A stretch of DNA of 64,000 nucleotides from an uncultured Alphaproteobacteria bacterium. GTDB lineage: Bacteria; Pseudomonadota; Alphaproteobacteria; Rhizobiales; Methyloligellaceae. Below the pieces are notes generated by a model. That model ran no database searches. It was given only the letters and a program-made list of their open reading frames with translations, and was not told where the DNA came from. The position numbers and the translations under genes are program-made. The stretch covers positions 1,047,221 to 1,111,220 of the forward strand of contig CAVWBG010000002.1 of assembly GCA_963753175.1 (NCBI GenBank). The letters run 5' to 3'. How positions within the stretch are numbered: the first letter of the stretch is position 1; every line of letters begins with the position of its first letter. This document shows, piece by piece, positions 44,366 through 56,329 of the stretch.

Positions 44366-44875
44366 TTAAGGCGCGATATCCGGCGCCGGCGGGAGTCTGG
44401 TGGATTTCAGGCAATAGTCGCCGGCCTGGTAGTTGGTGCCGGCGGGGCAGCCGCCATCCTTCTCGATGACGGCGGCGAAGATCGCCGAGTTGGTTTCCTG
44501 TTCCGCGCCCTCCCCGATTTTGATCAAGGTGCCGAGATTACGGACGGCGCGGAGACAAAGAATCCCGCCTCCTGTGGCGGGGCCGGTAGAGGTGCTGCGC
44601 TCCTGCCAGGCACCGGCCTCGCGCCACTCCGTCCCTTCTAATTTCCAGGCCAGACGGTTGGGCGGACACGACTCACCCGCATCCCGGGCAAGAATGACGG
44701 CGCGCCGTTCCGTGACCGGCCAAGTCGATGGGTCCTTTGGATCGAGGGGGGCTTTGGGCCAGCGGTCGTAGGCGATAAAGGCCGCTATGGCTGCCAATGC
44801 AAATAAGCCCAGGAGGAGTAGTGTTCGCCGCCTTGGGCTTGATTTATGCTGACCGGGGCGCCGTTTTCCGTCCAT
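44366..44875 (-). CDS. Hypothetical membrane-anchored protein
   Basis: Single N-terminal TM helix and four Cys; start codon uncertain. Confidence 0.6.
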   Translation of the reverse strand: MDGKRRPGQHKSSPRRRTLLLLGLFALAAIAAFIAYDRWPKAPLDPKDPSTWPVTERRAVILARDAGESCPPNRLAWKLEGTEWREAGAWQERSTSTGPATGGGILCLRAVRNLGTLIKIGEGAEQETNSAIFAAVIEKDGGCPAGTNYQAGDYCLKSTRLPPAPDIAP

Positions 44876-44887
44876 TATCGTGCCTAA

Positions 44888-44915
44888 TTGACTTATGGAC
44901 TTCTCTATCTATAGT
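44888..44915 (+). promoter_or_regulatory. Sigma70-type promoter of rplU-rpmA
   Basis: TTGACT-N16-TATAGT. Confidence 0.7.
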
Positions 44916-45032
44916 GCGCCCGCAAACGGCCTCTCGGCGCCTAAGCGCGATGAGGTTAAACGATTACGGCCCAAGGGCCTATATTCCAGGCCCGGCTTTC
45001 AACAGCCCAAGAGCTAGACGGACGAGAGAGAC

Positions 45033-45538
45033 ATGTTCGCGGTCATTCGCACAGGCGGCAAGCAATATCGCGTTGCGCCAAACGACGTCATTGAGATCGA
45101 GAAGATCGCAGGCAATCCCGGCGATATCGTCGAGCTTGGCGAGGTTTTGCTGCTGGGTGGCGACGAGCGGCTAAGGCGGGCAAGCCGCTGATTGCCGGCG
45201 CGCTGGTCGCGGCAGAGGTGGTGGAGCAGGGCCGCGGTGAGAAGATCATCGTCTTCAAGAAGAAGCGGCGGAAGGGTTATCGCCGCACCAAGGGTCATCG
45301 CCAGCTGCTGACGACGATCCGCATTACCGAGATTCTGACCGACGGCAAGAAGCCGTCGAAGCAGGCCGCTAGCCCAGCGCCGAAGAAGGCCGAGAAGCCG
45401 GTCGCGGCCAAGTCCGAGAAAAAGGCCGAGGCCAAGCAAGCAGCCAAGAAGGCGGCGCCGAAGGCAGCGAAACCCAAGGCGGAAAAATCCAAAACCAAAA
45501 AGCCCGCGCGCGCGGCGAAGCCGAAGCCCAAGGCTTAA
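45033..45538 (+). CDS. rplU: 50S ribosomal protein L21 with Ala/Lys/Pro-rich tail (apparent frameshift near 45170)
   Basis: [14 protein letters not shown]...[21 protein letters not shown]. Confidence 0.95.
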
Positions 45539-45563
45539 GCTCGATCAGTTGAGGTAGCGAACC

Positions 45564-45818
45564 ATGGCACATAAGAAAGCAGGCGGCTCGTCCCGGAACG
45601 GCCGCGACTCCGCAGGACGCCGGCTTGGCGTCAAGAAGTCCGGCGGCCAGAACGTGATCCCCGGCAACATCATCATCCGCCAGCGCGGCACCAAATGGCA
45701 TCCGGGCGACGGCGTCGGCATGGGCAAGGACCACACCATCTTCGCGGTGGTCGAGGGCGAGGTCAATTTCGCGACCAAGCATAAGGGCCGCGTCTACGTC
45801 TCGGTGAAGCCGAACTAG
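45564..45818 (+). CDS. rpmA: 50S ribosomal protein L27
   Basis: [16 protein letters not shown]...RQRGT. Confidence 0.98.
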   Translation: MAHKKAGGSSRNGRDSAGRRLGVKKSGGQNVIPGNIIIRQRGTKWHPGDGVGMGKDHTIFAVVEGEVNFATKHKGRVYVSVKPN

Positions 45819-45880
45819 CTCGCGACGACGACGTGAGCGCAGGCCTCGCTTGCGCGGACGCTCCCGTGTAATTTCTTGCC

Positions 45881-46403
45881 ATGAGCATCACGACAGAGAG
45901 GCTCGTCCTCAGGCCGCTTGCGCTGAGCGATGCCGCGCGCATCGCGCTGCTCGCCGGCGATTTCGATGTCGCCTCGATGACCGGCACCATCCCGCATCCT
46001 TACAATGAGCGAATGGCGGGGGAGTGGATCGGAAGCGCGCTGGAGGGCGAAGAAGGCACGGTATTCGTCATCGAGCGCGACGGAACTGTTGATCGGCTGC
46101 GTCGGCTATCGCGAAGACGGAAGCGGCGGCGCCGAGCTCGGCTATTGGCTGGGCAAGCCTTATTGGGGTCACGGCTATGCGACGGAGGCCTCGGCGGCGA
46201 TGGTGGCCTATGCCTTCGATGAAGGTGGCCTCGACTATCTCACCATCGGCCATTTCGCCGACAATCCGGCATCGGCCGGATCATCGCCAAGCTCGGCTTC
46301 AGGCCCCAAGGCGAAATCAAGCCGCGATTGCGTGGCGCGGGATGAGAAGGCGCGCTGTTTGACCTACCGGCTGGAGCGCGGGACCTCCCAATCCGCAGTG
46401 TAA
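45881..46403 (+). CDS. RimJ/RimL-type GNAT N-acetyltransferase (frameshifted)
   Basis: TERLVLRP, ELGYWLGKPYWGHGYATEA and DNPAS. Confidence 0.85.
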
Positions 46404-46424
46404 CGTTAAGCGTTCCGGTGCTAG

Positions 46425-48595
<2,171 letters not shown>

Positions 48596-48600
48596 CAGTG

Positions 48601-49891
48601 ATGTCGGTGATGGCCGAGAAACCGGAAGCCACGATCGAGCCGATGATGCTCTATATGGGCCGGCTCGCGCGCGAGGCTGCGGCCGTGCTTGGCGCTCGCC
48701 TCGACCGACGCCAAGAACGAGGCGCTGGAGCCATGGCGGCGCGGCTCGAGATGGCGCACGAGCAAGCCACTCGAGGCCAATCGTCAGGATGTCGATGCAG
48801 CGCAAAGCAAGGGCGCAACGGCGCCTTTCTCGATCGGCTGACGCTTGACGTGAGCGGATGGCGGCAATGGCCAGGGCTTGCGCGACATCGCGGAGCTGCC
48901 GCGATCCCGTGGGCGAGATGATCGCGTCGTGGACGCGGCCGAATGGCCTCGAAATTTCGCGCGTGCATGTGCCGCTCGGTGTGTCGGCATGATCTATGAG
49001 TCGAGGCCGAACGTGACGGCGGATGCCGGCGGGACTTTGCGTCAAGTCCGGCAACGCCGTGATCTTGCGCAGCGGCTCGGAGAGCATTCTTCAGCTCGTC
49101 TGGTCGATCACCAACTCTCTTGACCGAGGGCGTGGTCGGCTTCAGGACTGCCTGCTGCCGCCATCCAGCTCGTGCCGACCGTGGATCGCTCGGCGGTGGG
49201 TTACATGCTGCAAGGTCTCGACGGGGCGATCGATGTCATCGTGCCGCGCGGGGGCAAGAATCTGGTCGAGCGCGTGCAGCACGAAGCCCGCGTGCCGGTG
49301 TTCGCGCATCTCGAAGGCGTCTGTCACGTCTATGTGCATTCGGCCGCCGATCTCGACATGGCAAAGAAGATCGTGCTCAACGCCAAGATGCGGCGCCCGG
49401 GAGTTTGCGGCGCCACCGAGACGTTGCTGGTCGATCGCGCTTGCGCCGGCACGCATCTGAAACCGCTGGTCGAGATGCTGATCGATGCCGGGTGCGAAGT
49501 GCGCGGCGATGCCGATACGATGGCTGTCGATCCGCGCGTGACGCAGGCGAGCGAAGAGGACTGGTCCACCGAATATCTCGATGCCATCATCGCGGTGAAA
49601 TTGGTCGAAAATCTCGACGATGCCATCGCCCATATCGCGCGCTACGGCACCCAGCATACCGACGCCATCGTCACCAACGATCAGGCGGCGGCCGAGCGGT
49701 TCCTCGCCCGCGTCGATAGCGCCATCGTGGTGCACAATGCCTCGACGCAATTTGCCGATGGCGGCGAGTTCGGCATGGGCGCCGAGATCGGGATCGCCAC
49801 CGGACGGTTCCATGCGCGCGGACCGGTGGGCGTGGAGCAGCTCACCACGTTCAAATATATGCTGCGCGGCAACGGGCAAACGCGGCCTTGA
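48601..49891 (+). CDS. proA: Gamma-glutamyl phosphate reductase (several frameshifts in the 5' half)
   Basis: [48 protein letters not shown] and HARGPVG. Confidence 0.92.
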
Positions 49892-50559
49892 AATCCGAAC
49901 GTGAGGTTTCCCGAGTTCCGCTCGCGGAGCGCAATATGCGCATCGGGCTCCTCGGCGGTTCGTTCAATCCGGCGCACGAAGCACATCGTCATATCAGCCT
50001 GACCGCGCTGAAACGTCTTGGGCTCGATCAGGTCTGGTGGCTGGTGACCCCGGGCAATCCCCTCAAGGCTGATACGAAGCAACCAAGTCTTGAGAAGCGC
50101 GTCGCGGCCGCGCGCGAGGTCGCAGCTCATCCACGCATCGTTGTCACCGGCTTCGAAGGGGCGAGGAAAAGCCCCTACACGGTGGACACCGTGAAGTTCC
50201 TCAAGCGCCGCTTTCCAGGCGTCCATTTCGTGTGGCTGATGGGGGCCGACAATCTTGCCGGATTGCATCACTGGCACGCTTGGCCTGAGCTGTTCCGGCT
50301 GGTGCCGATCGCGGTGTTCGACCGGCCGGGGTTTCGCCTGAAGGCGATGTCGTCCAGGGCGGCCCAACGCTTTCAGGTCTACCGCGTCGATGATTCGGAC
50401 GCGCCCGGGCTCGCCTCGCTAGAGCCCCCAGCCTGGGCAATGTTGAGCGAGAAGCTCTCCTCGCTCTCTTCGACGTCTTTACGCCAGGGCGGCGGGAAAG
50501 CGGCAAAAAAGGCGGCCGAGACACCAAGCACACGCAAGACGGTTAAATCTAAGAAGTAG
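49888..50559 (+). CDS. nadD: Nicotinate-nucleotide adenylyltransferase
   Basis: [16 protein letters not shown] and LSST. Confidence 0.93.
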   Translation: MKSEREVSRVPLAERNMRIGLLGGSFNPAHEAHRHISLTALKRLGLDQVWWLVTPGNPLKADTKQPSLEKRVAAAREVAAHPRIVVTGFEGARKSPYTVDTVKFLKRRFPGVHFVWLMGADNLAGLHHWHAWPELFRLVPIAVFDRPGFRLKAMSSRAAQRFQVYRVDDSDAPGLASLEPPAWAMLSEKLSSLSSTSLRQGGGKAAKKAAETPSTRKTVKSKK

Positions 50560-50577
50560 ACGAACTGTCACTAGCTA

Positions 50578-50607
50578 TTGAAAATCTCGCGCTACACATA
50601 CTATGTT
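50578..50607 (+). promoter_or_regulatory. Candidate sigma70 promoter for rsfS
   Basis: TTGAAA-N17-CTATGT in an AT-rich intergenic region. Confidence 0.5.
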
Positions 50608-50690
50608 TATGGGGCGAAGCGGCGGAAGCGGAACCATCCGCACAATCTGTCGTTTCGTCGGATCAACGGCAGAAGGACATCCATTCCAAC

Positions 50691-51101
50691 ATGCGCTCAT
50701 CAAGAGAGGGTGCTCTCCGCAGTACGCCTCCCTCCGGATTAGCAGCGTTCAGCGCTAATCCGGGCAATTTGCTCGATGTCGTGCTCGAGACCCTCGACGA
50801 CGCTAAAGCCGAGAAAATCGTCAGCATCGACCTCAAGGGCAAGACTTCAATCGGCGACCAGATGGTCGTAGCTTCGGGTCGCTCCCAAAGGCATGTCGGC
50901 GCCATTGCCGACAATCTCGTCAGGAAATTGAAAGAAGCAGGCTTCGGCAAAGCGCGCGTCGAAGGTACGCCGCAATGCGACTGGGTGCTGATCGATGCGG
51001 GCGACGTGATCGTCCACATCTTCCGCCCCGAGGTCCGCGAATTCTATAACCTGGAAAAGATGTGGTCGGCTGACCGGCCCATGGAGCGTATGGTGATCTG
51101 A
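50691..51101 (+). CDS. rsfS: Ribosome silencing factor
   Basis: DDAKAEKI, VASGRSQRHV and WVLIDAGDVIVHIF..EVREFYNLEKMW. Confidence 0.95.
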   Translation: MRSSREGALRSTPPSGLAAFSANPGNLLDVVLETLDDAKAEKIVSIDLKGKTSIGDQMVVASGRSQRHVGAIADNLVRKLKEAGFGKARVEGTPQCDWVLIDAGDVIVHIFRPEVREFYNLEKMWSADRPMERMVI

Positions 51102-51129
51102 GACCATAGCGCCGTCTCAGTTTTCGGCG

Positions 51130-51170
51130 ATGATCTTGTCCGAAAAGTCTGCAACTTTTCGGGATCATGC
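51130..51170. repeat. Palindromic intergenic repeat, family A, copy 4
   Basis: atgatcttgtccgaaaagtctgcaacttttcgggatcatgc between rsfS and rlmH. Confidence 0.9.
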
Positions 51171-51199
51171 TTCAGTCCTCGCTTTTCGGGGGAAGGGTT

Positions 51200-51682
51200 A
51201 TGCGGCTTCTGATCGCTGCCGTCGGCAGATTGAAGCAGGGGCCGGAGCAGGACCTGTTTGCTCACTATATCGCCCGCGCCGATGCGGCAGGCCGGAAGCT
51301 CGGCCTCGGGCCGCTCAGTTCGATCGAAATCTCCGAATCGCGAAAAGAGACGCAAGCTTTGCGCCTCGCGGCGGAAGCTGCTGCGTTGCTGGCCAAATCC
51401 GGCTCGGCGCAGACATTGGTCTGTCTCGACCCTAAGGGCAAAGAGCTCAGCAGCGAGAAATTCGCACAAACGCTCGCCAAATATCGGGACGGCGGCACGC
51501 AAAGTCTGGCCTTTCTCATCGGCGGTGCGGATGGGCTTGGGGAGGAGGCGCTCGCCAAGGCGCATCTTCGCCTGTCGCTCGGCCCGATGATCTTGCCCCA
51601 TGGGCTTGCCCGCATCGTGCTTGCCGAGCAGATCTACCGGGCCGAGACCATCCTTGCCGGCCATCCCTATCATCGCGGCTGA
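51200..51682 (+). CDS. rlmH: 23S rRNA pseudouridine-1915 N3-methyltransferase
   Basis: FLIGGADG and EQIYRA..ILAGHPYHR. Confidence 0.95.
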   Translation: MRLLIAAVGRLKQGPEQDLFAHYIARADAAGRKLGLGPLSSIEISESRKETQALRLAAEAAALLAKSGSAQTLVCLDPKGKELSSEKFAQTLAKYRDGGTQSLAFLIGGADGLGEEALAKAHLRLSLGPMILPHGLARIVLAEQIYRAETILAGHPYHRG

Positions 51683-51755
51683 GCGCTAATCCGCGGCAAG
51701 GCGGCTACATTAAGGATTGTTGAGGTTTTTGCCTTGATTCTGCCCCAGGGCTTCG

Positions 51756-53153
51756 TTGTCGTCGCCCTTAGACAACGAGCAGCCAGAGCATGGCGCATCG
51801 AGCCAAACCTTGAACCATCGCAGGCTCACAAGATTCACAGTGCTTCTGGCAGGCGCGATTGCCGCACCGGCTTGGATCGCATTTGCAGAGGACGATATCT
51901 CGCGCGACGAGGCGCAGAAGCGGCTCGACGAGACGCAGCAGCAACTGCATACGAGCCGCGAACAGGAACAAGGGCTGGCGCAAGATATCGCGGCCTTGGC
52001 TGCGGAGCGGGCGCGACTGAACAGTGAGTTGATCGAGGCGGCGTCTCGGGTGCAGGCAAGCGAGGCCAAACTCTCTGAAACCGAAGGCAAGCTCGCCGAG
52101 CTTACAGATCAAGTGAACGTGATCCGGACCTCGATCACAGAGCGGAAAGCGGCGATCGTGAAGATGCTAAGCGCGATGCAACGGATCGGGCGCACGCCGC
52201 CACCGGCGCTCGTCACGCGCCGGGACGACGCGCTTGCCATGGTGCGGAGCGCCATGTTGCTCGCCGAAGTGTTCCCCGAGCTCAAATACCAAGCGGACAA
52301 TCTTTCACGCGAGCTCGACGGCCTGGTGACGCTGGAAAACGGCATTCGCGAGCAGCGGGACGCGGAAAAGGGCGAGACGGACCGGCTTGCCGAGGAACGC
52401 ACCCGCGCCGACCAGCTGCTCGAAGAGAAGAGGATCAAGCTCGCGCAGAGCCAGACGGCGCTGTCGCAAGTGCAGCTCGCCGCTCGGGAGCAGGCGGAAG
52501 CGGTCAGCGATCTCAATGAGCTGATCCAGAAGCTCGACCAGCAAATCGCCAAGGCCGAGGTCGCGCAATATGACGCAGAGCTCGCGGCCGAGCGGGCGCT
52601 CCGGGCGAAACAGCAGGATCAGGCCCTTGCCGTCGCTGGCAATGAGAGGGTGGTGGAAATCAAGCCGGACTCAACCAAAGTCGCCTTTGCCAGCCCGGAT
52701 CGCATGAAACCGGCCATGCCGTTCGACAGCGCCAAAGGCAGCTTAACGCTGCCGGCTCAGGGCAAGCGGCTGAAGCGCTTCGGTGACGCCGACGATGCCG
52801 GAGGCACGGTCAAGGGAATAAGCTTACAAACCCGCCCAGAAGCCCGGATTACGGCCCCTTCTGACGGCTGGGTGGTCTATGCTGGGCCGTTCCGGTCCTA
52901 TGGGCAACTCTTGATCCTCAACACGGGCGGGGGCTATCATGTTCTCCTTGCGGGGATGAGCCGCATAGATGCAAGCCTTGGCCAATTCGTGCTCACCGGC
53001 GAACCGGTTGCCGTGATGGGTGCGCCGGGACAGACGAGCCAAGGCAGTAACGAAACTTCGCGCCCCGTCCTCTATGTAGAGTTCAGAAAGGACGGCAAGC
53101 CAATTGACCCCGACCCATGGTGGGCCGCGGCTTCCGAAAAGGTGCAAGGATAA
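51756..53153 (+). CDS. envC: Murein hydrolase activator (coiled coil plus degenerate M23 domain)
   Basis: Long coiled coil, VVYAGPFRSYGQLLI and LYVEFRKDGKPIDPDPWW. Confidence 0.85.
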   Translation: MSSPLDNEQPEHGASSQTLNHRRLTRFTVLLAGAIAAPAWIAFAEDDISRDEAQKRLDETQQQLHTSREQEQGLAQDIAALAAERARLNSELIEAASRVQASEAKLSETEGKLAELTDQVNVIRTSITERKAAIVKMLSAMQRIGRTPPPALVTRRDDALAMVRSAMLLAEVFPELKYQADNLSRELDGLVTLENGIREQRDAEKGETDRLAEERTRADQLLEEKRIKLAQSQTALSQVQLAAREQAEAVSDLNELIQKLDQQIAKAEVAQYDAELAAERALRAKQQDQALAVAGNERVVEIKPDSTKVAFASPDRMKPAMPFDSAKGSLTLPAQGKRLKRFGDADDAGGTVKGISLQTRPEARITAPSDGWVVYAGPFRSYGQLLILNTGGGYHVLLAGMSRIDASLGQFVLTGEPVAVMGAPGQTSQGSNETSRPVLYVEFRKDGKPIDPDPWWAAASEKVQG

Positions 53154-54535
53154 TGCGGAAATCCGAATACGCGCTGTGGACGCTTCTAGTACTGGCGGTG
53201 CTTGCCGCCAGTTCGGCGATGTTCGCCCTGGCGCGGAGCCAGTCAGCATCGGCTGCCAATTCCGAGATCTATCGTCAGCTCGATCTGTTCGGCGAAGTGC
53301 TTGAGCGCGTTCGTGCCGACTATGTCGAGAAGCCGGACGATTCGAAACTGATCGAGTCGGCCATCAACGGCATGCTCACGGCACTCGATCCGCATTCCGC
53401 CTATCTCAATCCGAAGCACTTCCGCGACATGCAGGTGCAGACGCGCGGCGAATTCGGCGGCCTCGGCATCGAGGTGACCATGGAGAACGGCGTGGTCAAG
53501 GTCGTGTCCCCGATCGAGGATACGCCGGCATCGAAGGCAGGCCTGCAAAGCGGCGATCTCATCACCGCGCTCGACAAAGAGCAGATTCAGGGTCTCACGC
53601 TGCAAGAAGCGGTGGAGAAGATGCGCGGTCCGGTGAACTCGCCGATCACGCTCACCATCGTGCGCAAAGGCGTTGAGGATCCGTTCGACGTCAAAGTCAC
53701 ACGCGACGTCATCCACATCAACCCGGTGAAGTACAACGCCGAGGACGATGTCGGCTATATCCGCGTCACCACGTTCAACGAGCAGACCACGGCAAATCTG
53801 CAGAAGGCGATTGATGACCTGAAGAAGCAGATCGGGCCGAAGCTGAAGGGCTTCATCATCGATCTCAGGAACAATCCCGGCGGCTTGCTGGATCAGGCCA
53901 TTTCAGTGTCGGATACGTTTCTCGATCAAGGCGCGATCGTGCTGACCAAGGGACGCGATCTCGAGGAGACGCAGCGGTCGAACGCACGGGCCGGAGATTT
54001 GACCGATGGTTCGAAGATCGTGGTGCTGATCAATGGCGGCTCGGCCTCGGCTTCGGAGATCGTGGCCGGCGCGCTGCAGGATCATCATCGCGCGACCATC
54101 ATCGGCACACGCTCGTTCGGCAAAGGCTCGGTGCAGACGATCATTCCGCTCGGCTCCAACGGCGCGCTGCGATTGACCACGGCGCGCTACTACACGCCAT
54201 CCGGCCGTTCGATCCAAGCCAAGGGCATCGAGCCTGAAGTCGTGGTCGAGGAAGAGCTGCCCGACGAGCTTAAGTCCAAGGCCGACCAAATCAGCACGCG
54301 CGGCGAGGCGAATTTGCGCGGGCACCTCAAGGGCGAGGATGCCGACGGTGAAGATGCAGCGAAAGACGAGGAAGGGTCTGGAAGTTCGGCTTACGTGCCT
54401 ACCGACAAGGAAAAGGACACGCAGCTGAAATACGGGCTCGATCTGTTGCGCGGTATCAAGTCGGTCGATACCGACGCCAAGAAAAAGGCCGAGGTTGAGT
54501 CTGCAACGCCTGAGGCCGCAGCGAAACAGCCTTAG
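53153..54535 (+). CDS. ctpA: C-terminal processing peptidase (S41A)
   Basis: PDZ (GGLGI), DLRNNPGG, SASASE and FGKGSVQ. Confidence 0.93.
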   Translation: MRKSEYALWTLLVLAVLAASSAMFALARSQSASAANSEIYRQLDLFGEVLERVRADYVEKPDDSKLIESAINGMLTALDPHSAYLNPKHFRDMQVQTRGEFGGLGIEVTMENGVVKVVSPIEDTPASKAGLQSGDLITALDKEQIQGLTLQEAVEKMRGPVNSPITLTIVRKGVEDPFDVKVTRDVIHINPVKYNAEDDVGYIRVTTFNEQTTANLQKAIDDLKKQIGPKLKGFIIDLRNNPGGLLDQAISVSDTFLDQGAIVLTKGRDLEETQRSNARAGDLTDGSKIVVLINGGSASASEIVAGALQDHHRATIIGTRSFGKGSVQTIIPLGSNGALRLTTARYYTPSGRSIQAKGIEPEVVVEEELPDELKSKADQISTRGEANLRGHLKGEDADGEDAAKDEEGSGSSAYVPTDKEKDTQLKYGLDLLRGIKSVDTDAKKKAEVESATPEAAAKQP

Positions 54536-54562
54536 ACTGCGGAGTGGGGAGGGACGCGTATC

Positions 54563-55797
54563 ATGAAGGCGCTGGGCGTCGCGGCTTCGGTGGTGTTCCT
54601 CGCGCTCGGCCTTGGCGTGGCAGGGCTTGCCTTCTTCCCCGATCCCGATGCCGGCGAGCCGGTGGTCGTTCTCGATGTCGCCGTGCCTGCAGGCGGCTCG
54701 CTGCCGCCGGCCGAGGCCGAAGGTCAGGCTGAACCTGCACCCGCCCCGCCGAGTAGCGCTGAGGCGCCCGCCGCGCCTGCTCCCGCTGAAGCGGGCGCCA
54801 ATGGCGACGTGGCGCTGCCACCGGGTTTGCCGTCGATCCAGCTTCACCGGTTCCGCCTCTGCCAGAGGGCGTCCCGCAAAAGGCTCCTGGAGCTCCGCCA
54901 TCGACGCCAATGCAACAGGCGTCGACCGACTCGGCCACCGCTTCGATCGCAGCGTCGGCCGGAGGAGATGCCGGTTTGGAGAGCGCAATGCCGGACGACC
55001 CGGCGCGCGTGGCCGCGCTCGTCGAGCAATCGCAATATGGACCTTTGCCCAAAGTCGGCGCTGACGGAAAACGCCCTGCTGAGGCTTACGCCGCGGAGAC
55101 GCGTTATGCCGGAAAGGCGGCCCCAGGCGAGCCAGCGCGCATTGCCATCCTTGTCGAGGGCATCGGCCTTCCCGACGGCGTGACGATGGATGTCATCAAA
55201 GGATTGCCGGCATCCGTCAGCGTGGCTTGCGGGGCGTACGGGCGCAATCTGCAAGCATGGATCCTGAAGGCGCGCGATGCCGGACACGAAGTGTTGTTGC
55301 AGATTCCGCTCGAGCCTGAGAACTACCCAACCACCGATCCGGGTCCGCATACTTTGCTCACCACGCTTCCGCCGGAGGATAACGTGAAGCGCCTGCAATG
55401 GCTGATGTCGCGCTATACCGGCTATGTCGGCCTCACCAATCACATGGGTGCCAAGTTCGAGGCGACGCAGGCTTCGCTCACGCCCGTGCTCGAAGAGGTG
55501 AAAGCACGCGGCCTGCTCTATGTCGACGACGGCAGCGTGAAGACTTCGACCGGCGGGCAAATTGCGTCGTCGATCGGTCTCGATTATTCAATGGCCGATG
55601 TGCAACTCGACGGCGATGTCGCCAAAGGTCTTGCCGAACTCGAGACCTTGGCCAAGCAGAAGGGCTCTGCGATCGGTGTCGCCAGCGCCAAGCCCGCCAC
55701 GGTCAAGCAGCTGGCCGAATGGGCTGCAAAACTCGAAGCCAAAGGCATCGTGCTGGTTCCGGTCAGCGCGGCTGTGCGCGCGCAGCGCCAAATTTGA
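54563..55797 (+). CDS. Divergent polysaccharide deacetylase (YibQ family; frameshift in Pro-rich linker)
   Basis: GHEVLLQIPLEP, DPGPHTLL, NHMGAKF, RGLLYVDDG and GIVLVPVSA. Confidence 0.88.
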
Positions 55798-55809
55798 CGA
55801 TAGCTCCTC

Positions 55810-56310
55810 ATGACAAAAATTGATGATTTGCCGTACCGGCCTTGTGTCGGGGTGATGCTGCTAAACGCTGAGGGCCGCGCGTTTGTCGGCCGACGTTCGG
55901 AGGCCGCCAATGCGCCGGAGGGTGTCGGCAATTGGTGGCAGATGCCGCAAGGCGGCATCGACCCGGGCGAAGATGCGGAGAAGGCGGCGCTCCGCGAGCT
56001 GAATGAAGAGACTGGAATTCGCACCGCGCGCATCATCGGCCGGGCGCGGGAGTGGATGAACTACGATTTGCCTAGCGAGCTGATAGGCGTGGCTTGGGAA
56101 GGGCGCTATCGCGGGCAGACCCAGCTCTGGTTTGCGGCGCGCTTCGAGGGCGAGGAGAGCGAGATCGAGCTCGAACCGAAGCCCGGCCATGAGCGCGAGT
56201 TCGATGCCTGGCGCTGGGTCGCGCTCGAAGAACTGCCGGGCCTCGTGGTGCCGTTCAAGCGGCCGGTCTATGAGGCGGTCGTCGCCGAGTTCAAGGCGCT
56301 GGTGCGCTAG
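55810..56310 (+). CDS. rppH: RNA 5'-pyrophosphohydrolase
   Basis: YRPCVG, Nudix box WQMPQGGID..ALRELNEETG, GQTQ and VPFKR. Confidence 0.95.
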   Translation: MTKIDDLPYRPCVGVMLLNAEGRAFVGRRSEAANAPEGVGNWWQMPQGGIDPGEDAEKAALRELNEETGIRTARIIGRAREWMNYDLPSELIGVAWEGRYRGQTQLWFAARFEGEESEIELEPKPGHEREFDAWRWVALEELPGLVVPFKRPVYEAVVAEFKALVR

Positions 56311-56329
56311 AGCGAAATATAGACTCGCT

